This document shows, in pieces, positions 18,266 through 27,069 of a stretch of 64,000 nt of DNA. Origin of the DNA: an uncultured Verrucomicrobiae bacterium (lineage in GTDB: Bacteria; Verrucomicrobiota; Verrucomicrobiia; Limisphaerales; Palsa-1400); the NCBI GenBank assembly GCA_963764165.1, contig CAVXRD010000002.1:1344001-1408000 (forward strand), given 5' to 3'. The position numbers and the translations under genes are program-made. The notes beneath the pieces were generated by a model. The model did not search any database and was not told the origin of the DNA. It worked only from the letters and a program-made list of their open reading frames with translations. The stretch's first letter is position 1. Each line of letters begins with the position of its first letter.

Positions 18266-19150
18266 TCAAGCCGTTAGGCGCAATCTACGCCAGCATAACC
18301 GAGTTTTTAGCCAGCCAAAACTCTTGGAGATCATCAGTTCCCGTTTCGTGGTGTGGTGGGTGGTGCGCATGGCGATGGTCTTGACCCGAAACCCATACTC
18401 CCTCGCCCAGCGCCGGACTTCGCGCGTGTCGTCGTAGGTCATCAAGACATCGCCCTTCACCTGCTGCAAAACTTGAAACAAGCGTTCGTGGTCAATATCC
18501 CAATGACGGTAGAGACGCCGCGCCGCCTTCGTATAAGGCGGATCCACAAAAAACAACGTGGTTTTCTTGTGCTTGTGTTTTTGAATCAACTTAAACCCGT
18601 CGCACTGGAAGAAATTCAATTTTTCTCTAAAGGCGGAAATCGCGGTGATCCGGTTGGAAATCGTTTTGGGATACCAGCGCGAGCGCACTCCCCTGCCGTC
18701 CTCGCCTTTGCGGATCAATCCCGCCCCGTCTGCAATCACGCCGCCACGAGCGGTACGATTGCGAAGCAAGCAACGAAACGCCCGTTCGTGCAGCGTGGCG
18801 GGTTTCTGTTCTAGGTGCTTAATTACGTTCCGACGGCCGATGGGAAAGCTGCGGACTTTTTCCGCCAGCCAGACGGAATGGCCGTTGAGCATGGATTTCC
18901 ATGTCGCAGCAACGTCCCGGTCGAGTTCGGAAAATTCCGCCTTGTCCACCAGGTTGGCATGAACAGCGGACAAGGAAATATTGGCGCCGCCGGCGAACGG
19001 TTCCACCAGCAACTTCGGACGAACCGGCCGATTGGCTATCCATTTGCTGGCGATTTTTACAAACCAGCTTTTGCCGCCCGCGTAACGAAACGGACTTTTC
19101 AACCCCTTCTTGGAGTTAGCTGATTTCTTCCTCAATTTTGTTTTTGTCAC
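18266..19150 (-). CDS. Dam-like (D12 class) N6-adenine DNA methyltransferase
   Basis: SPFRYAGGKS, VEPFAGGA and DPPY motifs. Start uncertain (GTG 19150 chosen; the open frame extends to 19213). Confidence 0.9.
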   Translation of the reverse strand: MTKTKLRKKSANSKKGLKSPFRYAGGKSWFVKIASKWIANRPVRPKLLVEPFAGGANISLSAVHANLVDKAEFSELDRDVAATWKSMLNGHSVWLAEKVRSFPIGRRNVIKHLEQKPATLHERAFRCLLRNRTARGGVIADGAGLIRKGEDGRGVRSRWYPKTISNRITAISAFREKLNFFQCDGFKLIQKHKHKKTTLFFVDPPYTKAARRLYRHWDIDHERLFQVLQQVKGDVLMTYDDTREVRRWAREYGFRVKTIAMRTTHHTTKRELMISKSFGWLKTRLCWRRLRLTA

Positions 19151-19174
19151 GGCATGTTTGTTCTGAACTGTGGC

Positions 19175-19222
19175 AACCTTGAACACCTTCATCACCTCGC
19201 CGATGTGGTTCATGACCTTGAC
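19175..19222 (-). pseudogene. C-terminal remnant resembling a type III R-M Mod methyltransferase
   Basis: VKVMNHIGEVMKVFKV resembles the recalled Mod C-terminal motif VKVINHxGDEVMKVF. Confidence 0.5.
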
Positions 19223-19373
19223 GCCTCAGCTTTGCATCCAACTGTTCGGAAATCGCGGACATGGCGGGCACGCTACCACCGCGAAGTCCTGGCGGCAAGA
19301 CTGCCTTCCACATCGTTCTCAACGCTCACTCCCCGATTTAGCTGGAATCCCCCGGCGATTGCTCCACTTTAAA

Positions 19374-20267
19374 ATGACGATGCGTTTGATCGGTCATTTG
19401 AAAGACGAAAGCCAGGCCCGGACTTTTTCGGGCTACCTGACTTCCACCGACATCCGCAACAACGTCGAGCCGGATGCGGAAGGCTGGGCCATTTGGGTTT
19501 ATTCGGAAGATCAAATCGAGGCGGGGCTGAAGGCGCTGGATGCTTTTGTCCGAAATCCGGGCGAAAAAAAGTACCAGATCGGCTTGCAGGCGGCGGAAGT
19601 GATCGAACGCAAGCGGGCGCGCGAGGAAGAGCAGGCGGCCAAGCGCATTCACACGCGCGAACGAATCTGGCGAAACTCAAACTTCGCGCCAGTCACGATG
19701 GCGCTCATGGCGATCACGCTGCTGGTGACGCTGAAAATCGGGCTGGAACCCACGTTTGGGGATTTCCACAAGCTGGCCATCGACGAATATGAATATTCCG
19801 GCCACATTCCATTTGTTCCCATAGCGGTGCGCGCGGGGGAGTATTGGCGATTATTGACTCCGATTTTTGTCCATTTCGGCCCGATGCATCTTTTCTTCGA
19901 CGTCTACATGCTTTGGAACCTCGGCTCCGTGATCGAGGTTCGCCGGGGCTCGCTGGCGCTTCTGCTGATGGTGGTGGTGATTGGTGTTTTATCGAACTGG
20001 GCTGAGTATCTGATGGGCGTGTCGTCGTTTGGCGGCCTGTCAGGCGTTGATTACGGACTTTTTGGCTACATTTGGATGCGCGGTTATTTCGATCCGCGCT
20101 CTGGCTTTGGCCTGACCTCCCAATCCGTTCTGATAATGATCTCGTGGTACTTTCTTTGTTTGGTTCATGTTATTCCAGACATTGCGAACACTGTTCACAC
20201 AGTAGGGCTGGCAGTCGGCATGTTGTGGGGGGCATCGGTGGTGGTGACAAATGCGTTGAAACGATGA
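19374..20267 (+). CDS. Rhomboid intramembrane serine protease (GlpG-like)
   Basis: YWRLLTPIFVHF..HL, GLSG, AN..H motifs, with an N-terminal soluble domain. Confidence 0.9.
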   Translation: MTMRLIGHLKDESQARTFSGYLTSTDIRNNVEPDAEGWAIWVYSEDQIEAGLKALDAFVRNPGEKKYQIGLQAAEVIERKRAREEEQAAKRIHTRERIWRNSNFAPVTMALMAITLLVTLKIGLEPTFGDFHKLAIDEYEYSGHIPFVPIAVRAGEYWRLLTPIFVHFGPMHLFFDVYMLWNLGSVIEVRRGSLALLLMVVVIGVLSNWAEYLMGVSSFGGLSGVDYGLFGYIWMRGYFDPRSGFGLTSQSVLIMISWYFLCLVHVIPDIANTVHTVGLAVGMLWGASVVVTNALKR

Positions 20268-20443
20268 CGCCGTCGAACCATCAGCGCATACGATTTTTTG
20301 AAATTGAACAGGAGAAAGACCGAGAGCGTAGAGAAGAGCCAATGAGGATTTAAGCGGCATGGATTGACAACGTGGAAACTCGCGGGCGCTCAACTGGCAC
20401 CGGATTACCACACCTAAAGATTTGAACTTGAAGTGTTCGAGGC

Positions 20444-20478
20444 AAAAAATTCCCGCGCGGGCTTTCGCCAGCGCGGGA
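20444..20478 (-). terminator. Intrinsic terminator after the degP-like gene
   Basis: Hairpin TCCCGCGC-GGC/TTTC/GCC-GCGCGGGA followed by a T-run on the minus strand. Confidence 0.6.
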
Positions 20479-20526
20479 TGTTGTTTGGTGGAATTCGTTT
20501 TCTAATTGGTCCTCGCTCGGCGCGGA

Positions 20527-22029
20527 TTAACCGGCGTTGCTTTCGTCAACAACCAGGTAGCGGACGCCTTCTTTGTTCCAGACATGCACGAGGGTCGTGC
20601 GGGTCTTGGCGTGTTCCGTCAGGCGGACGGCGTCGTTGGCGCTCGTCACTTCGTGGCGGTTGATCTCGGTGATTACGTCACCGGGTTTGAGGCCCGCGTC
20701 TGCTGAGGCGGAGTTCGGGGCCACTTCTGTGACCAGCGCGCCTTTCACGTCTTCGGGGATGTTGAATTGCTGGCGGGCTTGGGAATCGAGGTCCGTCACC
20801 GCCACGCCTTGCAGCGTGTCCGTCGCGGTGCTCTCGCTGCTGGAATCCTTGCTGGCCAATTGCTCTTCACCGGGAATTTCCTTCACCTTGACATCGAGTG
20901 TCTTGGGGCTGCCGTTGCGCAGGAGGGCCACTTCAACTTTCTCACCGGGGGCCGTCGCGCCGACTTCCAGGCGGAGATGCCGTCCGTCGCTGACAGGATG
21001 GCCATTGAATTTCGTTATCACGTCGCCAGCCTTGATGCCCGCTTTGGCGGCCGGGCCATTCGGCTCGACAGCGCTTACGAGCGCTCCTTGCGTGTTCTTG
21101 AGGTCAAATGCTTTGGCAAGCGCGCCGTCTATATCCTGGATTCGCGCGCCGAGATAACCACGGGTCACGCGGCCGTGCTCAATCAAGCTCGTCATCACCC
21201 CGCGAGCGAGATCGGTCGGGATGGCGAAGCCGATGCCTTGATTTCCACCGCTGCGGCTGTAGATGGCGGTATTGATGCCGATCAAGCGGCCTTCCGCGTC
21301 CACAAGAGCGCCGCCGGAATTGCCGGGATTGATCGCGGCATCGGTTTGGATGAAGTCTTCGTAATCTTCGATGCCAACTCCGCCGCGGCCCGTCGCGCTG
21401 ATGATGCCCATTGTCACGGTTTGGCCGACGTTGAACGGATTGCCAATGGCCAGGACAACATCGCCGGCTTCGCATTGCGCGCTGTCAGCGAAGGTCACCG
21501 CAGGCAGATCCTTTTCATCGATCTTGATGACGGCGATGTCGGACTTGGCGTCTTTGCCGATGACTTTTGCCTTCATCTGGCGGCCATCGTTCAAGGTAAC
21601 ATTGACTTCATTCGCCCCATCGACCACGTGATTATTGGTCAGAATGTAGCCGTCCTTGGTGACAATTACACCGGAGCCAACGCCGCGCTGCTCGGGGGTC
21701 ATCATGTGGCGCTGGGGCATGCCGCCGAAGAATTGCTGGAAGAGCGGGTTATCCGGGAAACCCGGCACGCCCAAGTTCACTTCTTTTCCGGGAATTCGGA
21801 TATCCACCTTCACCACGCTGGGCATGACTTTTTTCACGACCGGCGCGAAGCTGGTGGAAACCTTGACGCTGGTGGCGAGCGGCTTGTCATCAACGACAAG
21901 GCCGATGTTTTTGGGCTTCGATGATTGATCGCTGGCATGGACGCTGAGCACGATTGCGCCGCCGCCCGCGAGGATTGATCCGCCGACAATGAGGGCGGCC
22001 ATTTTTTGGGATAGATGATTCAATTTCAT
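20527..22029 (-). CDS. degP: Do/DegP-DegQ serine endoprotease with two PDZ domains
   Basis: GSGVI, TNNHVV, DIAV, QTDAAINPGNSGG and two PDZ domains. Confidence 0.93.
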   Translation of the reverse strand: MKLNHLSQKMAALIVGGSILAGGGAIVLSVHASDQSSKPKNIGLVVDDKPLATSVKVSTSFAPVVKKVMPSVVKVDIRIPGKEVNLGVPGFPDNPLFQQFFGGMPQRHMMTPEQRGVGSGVIVTKDGYILTNNHVVDGANEVNVTLNDGRQMKAKVIGKDAKSDIAVIKIDEKDLPAVTFADSAQCEAGDVVLAIGNPFNVGQTVTMGIISATGRGGVGIEDYEDFIQTDAAINPGNSGGALVDAEGRLIGINTAIYSRSGGNQGIGFAIPTDLARGVMTSLIEHGRVTRGYLGARIQDIDGALAKAFDLKNTQGALVSAVEPNGPAAKAGIKAGDVITKFNGHPVSDGRHLRLEVGATAPGEKVEVALLRNGSPKTLDVKVKEIPGEEQLASKDSSSESTATDTLQGVAVTDLDSQARQQFNIPEDVKGALVTEVAPNSASADAGLKPGDVITEINRHEVTSANDAVRLTEHAKTRTTLVHVWNKEGVRYLVVDESNAG

Positions 22030-22147
22030 AATGTTCTCAAAAGTTCTGTTCTTTTTTCCGTGTATCGAACTGGACATAAGCTGCCGCAGGCGGATGACAG
22101 GATTCTTTCTGGATCATTACAAGTTGGTAAGGAAAACGGCGGAGATT

Positions 22148-22210
22148 CGGCTGTGTCGAAGACCAGCCCCAGCCATGACAATGTTGCCGCGGCTGGTCTT
22201 CGACACCGCG
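22148..22210. repeat. REP-like family A inverted repeat
   Basis: CGGCTGTGTCGAAGACCAGCC...GGCTGGTCTTCGACACCGC. Also at 37772 and 46588. Confidence 0.8.
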
Positions 22211-22315
22211 CGCACCAGTCGAGCACTCCGCCGCCGCCCGCCTTCTGCCGCCCGCGCCGCTAAAAATCGCAACGATTTTATGGCAATTTCCCGGCTGCGC
22301 CGCTAGCATGGCGCC

Positions 22316-23446
22316 GTGATTGTTCTTCCGTCCAACAAGCTCTTTAAGGACCTGTCCCCGCGGCAGATTAAACGCTTGGGTGAAGCGGGCCGGGAGATCG
22401 CGTTCCAGAGCCAGCAGGTGATTTTCCGCAAGGGCGATCCCGGCGATGGCATTTATTTCGTTCAATCGGGCACGGTGCTGATCACCACCAACGTCAGCGA
22501 AAACGAAACCCGCGTTCTGTCAACCATCCGGCCCGGCGATATGTTCGGGGAAATGGCCGTGCTGGACAGCGACCCGCGCTCGGCCAATGCCGTGGCCGGA
22601 GAGCCGGCGCGGGTGTGGTTCATCCGGCGAGAGGAGCTTCTGGGACTCATCGACAAGGCGCCGCGCCTGGCCCTGGCCATGGTGCGGGAAATCAGCCAGC
22701 GCATGCGCATGTTTAACGAGCGGTACGTCCGCGAAGTCTTCGAGGCCGAGCGGATGCAGCTCGTTGGCCGCTTCGCCAGCTCCATCGTGCATGATCTGAA
22801 AAATCCACTCGCCATCATCGGTCTTTCTTCCGAGATGGCCTGCATGAAAGGCTCCAACGCCAAGTCGCGCCGCGAAGCCCAGGTTCGCATCCAGAAGCAG
22901 GTTGAACGCATCACCAGCATGGTGGGGGAGCTGCTTGATTTCGCGAAAGGATCGGCCAGCGATTCGGCGCTGGAGGAGATGCTTTACCCCTGGTTCGTCG
23001 AGCCCCTGATTGATGAGATTCGCCAGGAGGTTGCGATGCGCTCCGTCCAGATCGAATACATCGATAAAACACCCCGCGTCAATGTCGCGATTGACGCCCA
23101 AAGGCTTTCCCGCGTTTTCCACAACCTGATTGCCAACGCCACCGACGCCATGGCTGGCGGAGGCGTGATCAAGTTGCATTTTCGCGAGACGAACAGCGAG
23201 GTGGTCACCGAGTTGGAAGATTCCGGCAAAGGCATCGCGCCCCAGATTATGGATCGCCTTTTCCAGGCCTTCGCCACCCACGGCAAATCCAACGGCACCG
23301 GGCTTGGGCTTTCGATCTGCAAGAAGATCGTGGAGGATCACCACGGGCGAATTTACGCTCGAAACGTTCCGGGCGGCGGCGCGCTGTTTGGTTTCGCACT
23401 GCCGTTGTCCAAAGGCGCTCCGAGCGCGGCGGACGCGGCCGAATGA
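22316..23446 (+). CDS. cNMP-binding-domain sensor histidine kinase
   Basis: FGEMA..PRSA cNMP motif, HDLKNPL H-box, N-box, DSGKG and GTGLGL. Confidence 0.92.
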   Translation: MIVLPSNKLFKDLSPRQIKRLGEAGREIAFQSQQVIFRKGDPGDGIYFVQSGTVLITTNVSENETRVLSTIRPGDMFGEMAVLDSDPRSANAVAGEPARVWFIRREELLGLIDKAPRLALAMVREISQRMRMFNERYVREVFEAERMQLVGRFASSIVHDLKNPLAIIGLSSEMACMKGSNAKSRREAQVRIQKQVERITSMVGELLDFAKGSASDSALEEMLYPWFVEPLIDEIRQEVAMRSVQIEYIDKTPRVNVAIDAQRLSRVFHNLIANATDAMAGGGVIKLHFRETNSEVVTELEDSGKGIAPQIMDRLFQAFATHGKSNGTGLGLSICKKIVEDHHGRIYARNVPGGGALFGFALPLSKGAPSAADAAE

Positions 23447-25323
23447 ACCGCATCCGCCTGTTATCCGAGCAGGTGGCGAACCAAATCGCCGCCGGAGAAG
23501 TTGTCGAGCGGCCCGCCAGCGTGGTCAAGGAACTGGTGGAAAATGCCCTTGACGCCAAGGCCGCGCGCATCACGGTGGAAATCCAGGCCGGCGGGCGCAG
23601 CCTTATCCGCGTCACCGACGACGGTTTTGGCATGGGGCGCGACGACGCGTTGCTCAGCCTCGAACGCCACGCCACCAGCAAAATTCAAAAGGCCGAAGAC
23701 CTCGCCTCCATCGGCACGCTGGGATTTCGCGGTGAAGCGCTGCCGAGCATCGCCAGCGTCAGCCGCTTTTCGCTCACCACGCGCGAGCGAGAAAGCGATT
23801 CGCCGGAGGGAACCCAGGTCATCGTCAATGGCGGCAAGATTGTGTCCGTGCAGGCTTGCGGAAGCGCGACCGGCACCAGCATCGAAGTGCGGCAGCTTTT
23901 CTTCAACCTCCCCGCCCGGCGCAAATTCCTGCGCGGCGAGGAAACTGAGACCGCGCACATCCGCCATTACCTCACGCTGGCCGCGCTGGCCTGCCCGAAC
24001 GTCGCGTTTGAATTCATCAAGGATGGCCGGGCGGTATGGCAATTGCCCGCCGCCCAATCGGCCGACAAGCTGGCAGGCTTGGGCGAACGCCTGCGCGCGC
24101 TGACGGGCAGCGGCGACAGGCTGTTGCCAGTGGAATTCTCCGCCGAACTTCCCGCCTTGGCGGACGAGAGCGGAGACAGCGAAACCTCGGCGCCCGCCGA
24201 GAAGTTTGTCATTTGGGGATTCATGGGATCACCCGGCGTCTCGCGCTCGACCCGTGAGGACCAGCATCTTTTTGTCAACCGTCGTCCGGTGGAGAATCGC
24301 GGCCTGAACTTTGCGCTGATGGAAGGCTATCACACCGCGCTGATGAAAGGGCGCTATCCCGTTTGCTGTCTTTTTCTGGAAGTGAATCCGGCGGAAGTGG
24401 ACGTTAATATCCACCCCGCAAAGCGCGAAGTGAAATTCCATCGCGAACGCGCCGTGCGGCAATTGACCGCGCAGGCCGTCCGCGAAACGCTGTTGAAGTT
24501 TCACACGCCCTCCCTACCTCCACCGCTTCCCGCCGCGGCGGCTGCCGCGCCAGCCCCCGCTGCCAATCCCGCGCCCGCGCCACGTCCTGAATCGCCGCCG
24601 CCCGCCCTTCGCCTGCCGGAGTTGCCGCGTCTTTATCCAACGCTGTCGCCACCGCCGCCGCGCCCATTGTTTCCCGAGATTTCTGCCGTGCCCGTTCCCG
24701 CCGCGCGCGCGCCCGCGCCGCATCCATCGGCCTTGCTGCAAGTGCCATTGCGATTAGTTGGCGTGGTGGGCCGCTTGTATGTCGTTTTGGAATCGGATCG
24801 CGGATTGGTTTTGCTTGATCAACACGCGGCGCATGAACGAATTCTATTCGAGCAGATGCTGCGGCGCATGGAGGAGAACGGAGCCGCACCATCCCAGCGC
24901 CTCCTGCTGCCGGAAACCGTGGAACTCTCCGCCCGCGACGCCCAATTCCTGCGCGAACAACTCCCCGCCCTCAGCCGCCTCGGCGTCGGCTTGAGCGAAT
25001 TTGGCGAGCGGACATTTCTCCTCGATAGCCTTCCGCCATTTGTGAAGGGCATTCAGCCGCGGCGGTTTATTTTGGAGTTGGTGGATGAATTGAAATCGGC
25101 TGGGCAGGGGGTGAACGCGCTGCGCCTTGGCGAGCATGTCATCGCCAAAACCGTTTGCCGCCATGCAGTGAAGGCGAACGACCCGCTGGCCGGGCCGGAA
25201 TTGGAAAACTTAATCGAAGACTTGCGCCATTGCGCGATGCCCTACACCTGCCCGCACGGGCGCCCGACGCTCATCGAAATGAACTTCCGCGAACTGGAAA
25301 AGAAGTTCGGTCGAACGCAGTGA
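23443..25323 (+). CDS. mutL: DNA mismatch repair protein MutL
   Basis: NQIAAGEVVERPASVVKELVEN, GFRGEAL, DQHAAHERILFE and CPHGRP. Confidence 0.97.
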   Translation: MNRIRLLSEQVANQIAAGEVVERPASVVKELVENALDAKAARITVEIQAGGRSLIRVTDDGFGMGRDDALLSLERHATSKIQKAEDLASIGTLGFRGEALPSIASVSRFSLTTRERESDSPEGTQVIVNGGKIVSVQACGSATGTSIEVRQLFFNLPARRKFLRGEETETAHIRHYLTLAALACPNVAFEFIKDGRAVWQLPAAQSADKLAGLGERLRALTGSGDRLLPVEFSAELPALADESGDSETSAPAEKFVIWGFMGSPGVSRSTREDQHLFVNRRPVENRGLNFALMEGYHTALMKGRYPVCCLFLEVNPAEVDVNIHPAKREVKFHRERAVRQLTAQAVRETLLKFHTPSLPPPLPAAAAAAPAPAANPAPAPRPESPPPALRLPELPRLYPTLSPPPPRPLFPEISAVPVPAARAPAPHPSALLQVPLRLVGVVGRLYVVLESDRGLVLLDQHAAHERILFEQMLRRMEENGAAPSQRLLLPETVELSARDAQFLREQLPALSRLGVGLSEFGERTFLLDSLPPFVKGIQPRRFILELVDELKSAGQGVNALRLGEHVIAKTVCRHAVKANDPLAGPELENLIEDLRHCAMPYTCPHGRPTLIEMNFRELEKKFGRTQ

Positions 25324-25358
25324 ATAGTTTGGCCGGCGTTGTGCCGGCCATGCTCTGC

Positions 25359-26066
25359 TCAGCGATGCCCGCCGCCATGGAAGCCACCGCCTCCATGAAA
25401 TCCACCGCCAAACCCGCCGTGCCAGCCGCCATGTCCCCAGCCCCAGCCCCAGCCGCCGCCAATGACAACCGGGCCACCCCAGTAAGGACCGTAGTAATAC
25501 GGATCGTAATAAGGATACGCGTAAGTCGGCGCGTCCTGAATAACCGTAGTCGAAACCGCGGGCGGCGGCGTCGAGGGAGCTGCGACTTGCCCTTGTGCTG
25601 GTGGAGGCGTTGTTCCATTCGGAGGAGGAGGCTGCGACTGGGCGTATTGCTGCTGGTACGTCATCGCTTGCTGCTGCAATTGGCCGTCTCGCGAAATGAT
25701 CGCCTTGGTAATATCCTGCGGCACTCCGAGATTCTGCAGGTAAACTAGATTATCCGCCGAAAGATGATACGGGAGGGTCGTGTTGTTGATGTAATGTATG
25801 ATGATATCCTTGCCGATGCCCCCTTGATACATTTTCACCACCTCGCTCACCCCGTAGGGAACTCCCGGCGTCATTCCGCCAGGCGGTGGGGCGCCGGGAG
25901 GTGGCGCGGTGGGTCCCGGAAAAATGCCGCTCGGATTTGAATATGGTGGGGGGGCGACCGGCGCGGGCACGGTGTTGGTGCTCTGGGCGTTGGCCGCGGA
26001 AGCCCCCAGGCAAACTGCGGCAGCGGCGACAAGCGCCGCACGGGCGGACGACGAAGAAATCTTCAT
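25359..26066 (-). CDS. Secreted Pro/Gly-rich hypothetical protein
   Basis: Signal peptide, Pro-rich linkers, Tyr/Trp/Gly-rich tail. Confidence 0.7.
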   Translation of the reverse strand: MKISSSSARAALVAAAAVCLGASAANAQSTNTVPAPVAPPPYSNPSGIFPGPTAPPPGAPPPGGMTPGVPYGVSEVVKMYQGGIGKDIIIHYINNTTLPYHLSADNLVYLQNLGVPQDITKAIISRDGQLQQQAMTYQQQYAQSQPPPPNGTTPPPAQGQVAAPSTPPPAVSTTVIQDAPTYAYPYYDPYYYGPYWGGPVVIGGGWGWGWGHGGWHGGFGGGFHGGGGFHGGGHR

Positions 26067-26316
26067 TTTAAATCTCCTCCGGCACAATGCCGGAATAAAC
26101 GGTTTACTGAACGAAACTTATGCCTTTTCCAAGGCCGGCGCAAGCGGCCCTGTCTGCACAATAGGACGCGCAGCCGGCTTCGGAAATTCACATGGCCCAC
26201 CCGGGATCAAGAATAAGACCCATCCGTACTACTGGTCCCATTCTTGCTATGGGCTGGTTTGCCTTTGACTTTGCCGGAGTTAGTTCCTACGATGGATAAG
26301 AGAGCTCGCACTCAAA

Positions 26317-27036
26317 ATGGAAGCCGAGACATTGAATTGCCCCATGTGCGGCGCCGCGGCGGCGACGGATGCCACGCGGTGCGAGCACTGCAGCGCGCGC
26401 CTCGCCACGGTAGCGTGTCCTGCCTGCTTTGGAATGATGTTCCTCGGTCAGAAATTTTGCCCGCATTGCGGTGCAAAAGCGGACCGCAAAGACGCCTCCG
26501 AGCCGGATATCGCCCGACCCTGCCCGCGCTGTCAAGCGAATCTCGAAGCCGTCAAAATTGGCGGCAGCGATGTTCAGGAGTGTCCAAGCTGCGAAGGCAT
26601 TTGGCTGGATGCGGAAACATTGCGCCAAATTTGCGCCGACCAGGAAAAACAGGCGGCCGTCCTCGGCCTGCCTTCGCCGCCTGTTTCCAACGAGTGCGTC
26701 GCAGTCGAAAATCAAGTTCGATACCTTCACTGCCCCGTCTGCGCGGAAATCATGAATCGCGTCAACTTCGCGAGTTATTCCGCTGTGATTGTCGATGTTT
26801 GCCGCCAGCACGGCACTTGGTTTGATCGTGATGAACTGCGCAGGATTGTGGAGTTCATCCGGGCTGGTGGATTGGACAAGGCGCGCAAGCGCGAGATCGA
26901 AAATCTGGAATTGGACCGCCGTCTTGCCAGTCTCGACCGTTCGATGGGTCACTCCACCATGCCTGATGTTGAAGTTGATCCTAGAGGCGGGGCGCTGGCG
27001 GGCGTGGCGAGATTTTTGTTTGATTTGCTGTCGTGA
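26317..27036 (+). CDS. Multi zinc-ribbon (zf-TFIIB-like) protein
   Basis: Repeated CxxC pairs, C.GIWLD and HGTWFDRDEL. Confidence 0.85.
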   Translation: MEAETLNCPMCGAAAATDATRCEHCSARLATVACPACFGMMFLGQKFCPHCGAKADRKDASEPDIARPCPRCQANLEAVKIGGSDVQECPSCEGIWLDAETLRQICADQEKQAAVLGLPSPPVSNECVAVENQVRYLHCPVCAEIMNRVNFASYSAVIVDVCRQHGTWFDRDELRRIVEFIRAGGLDKARKREIENLELDRRLASLDRSMGHSTMPDVEVDPRGGALAGVARFLFDLLS

Positions 27037-27069
27037 TTTGGCGTTCCAATCTTCGTCAAACACTTCCAG

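Noticed and set aside
24505..24730. Low-complexity C-rich stretch in mutL
   Set aside because: It is the ordinary in-frame Pro/Ala linker between the MutL domains.
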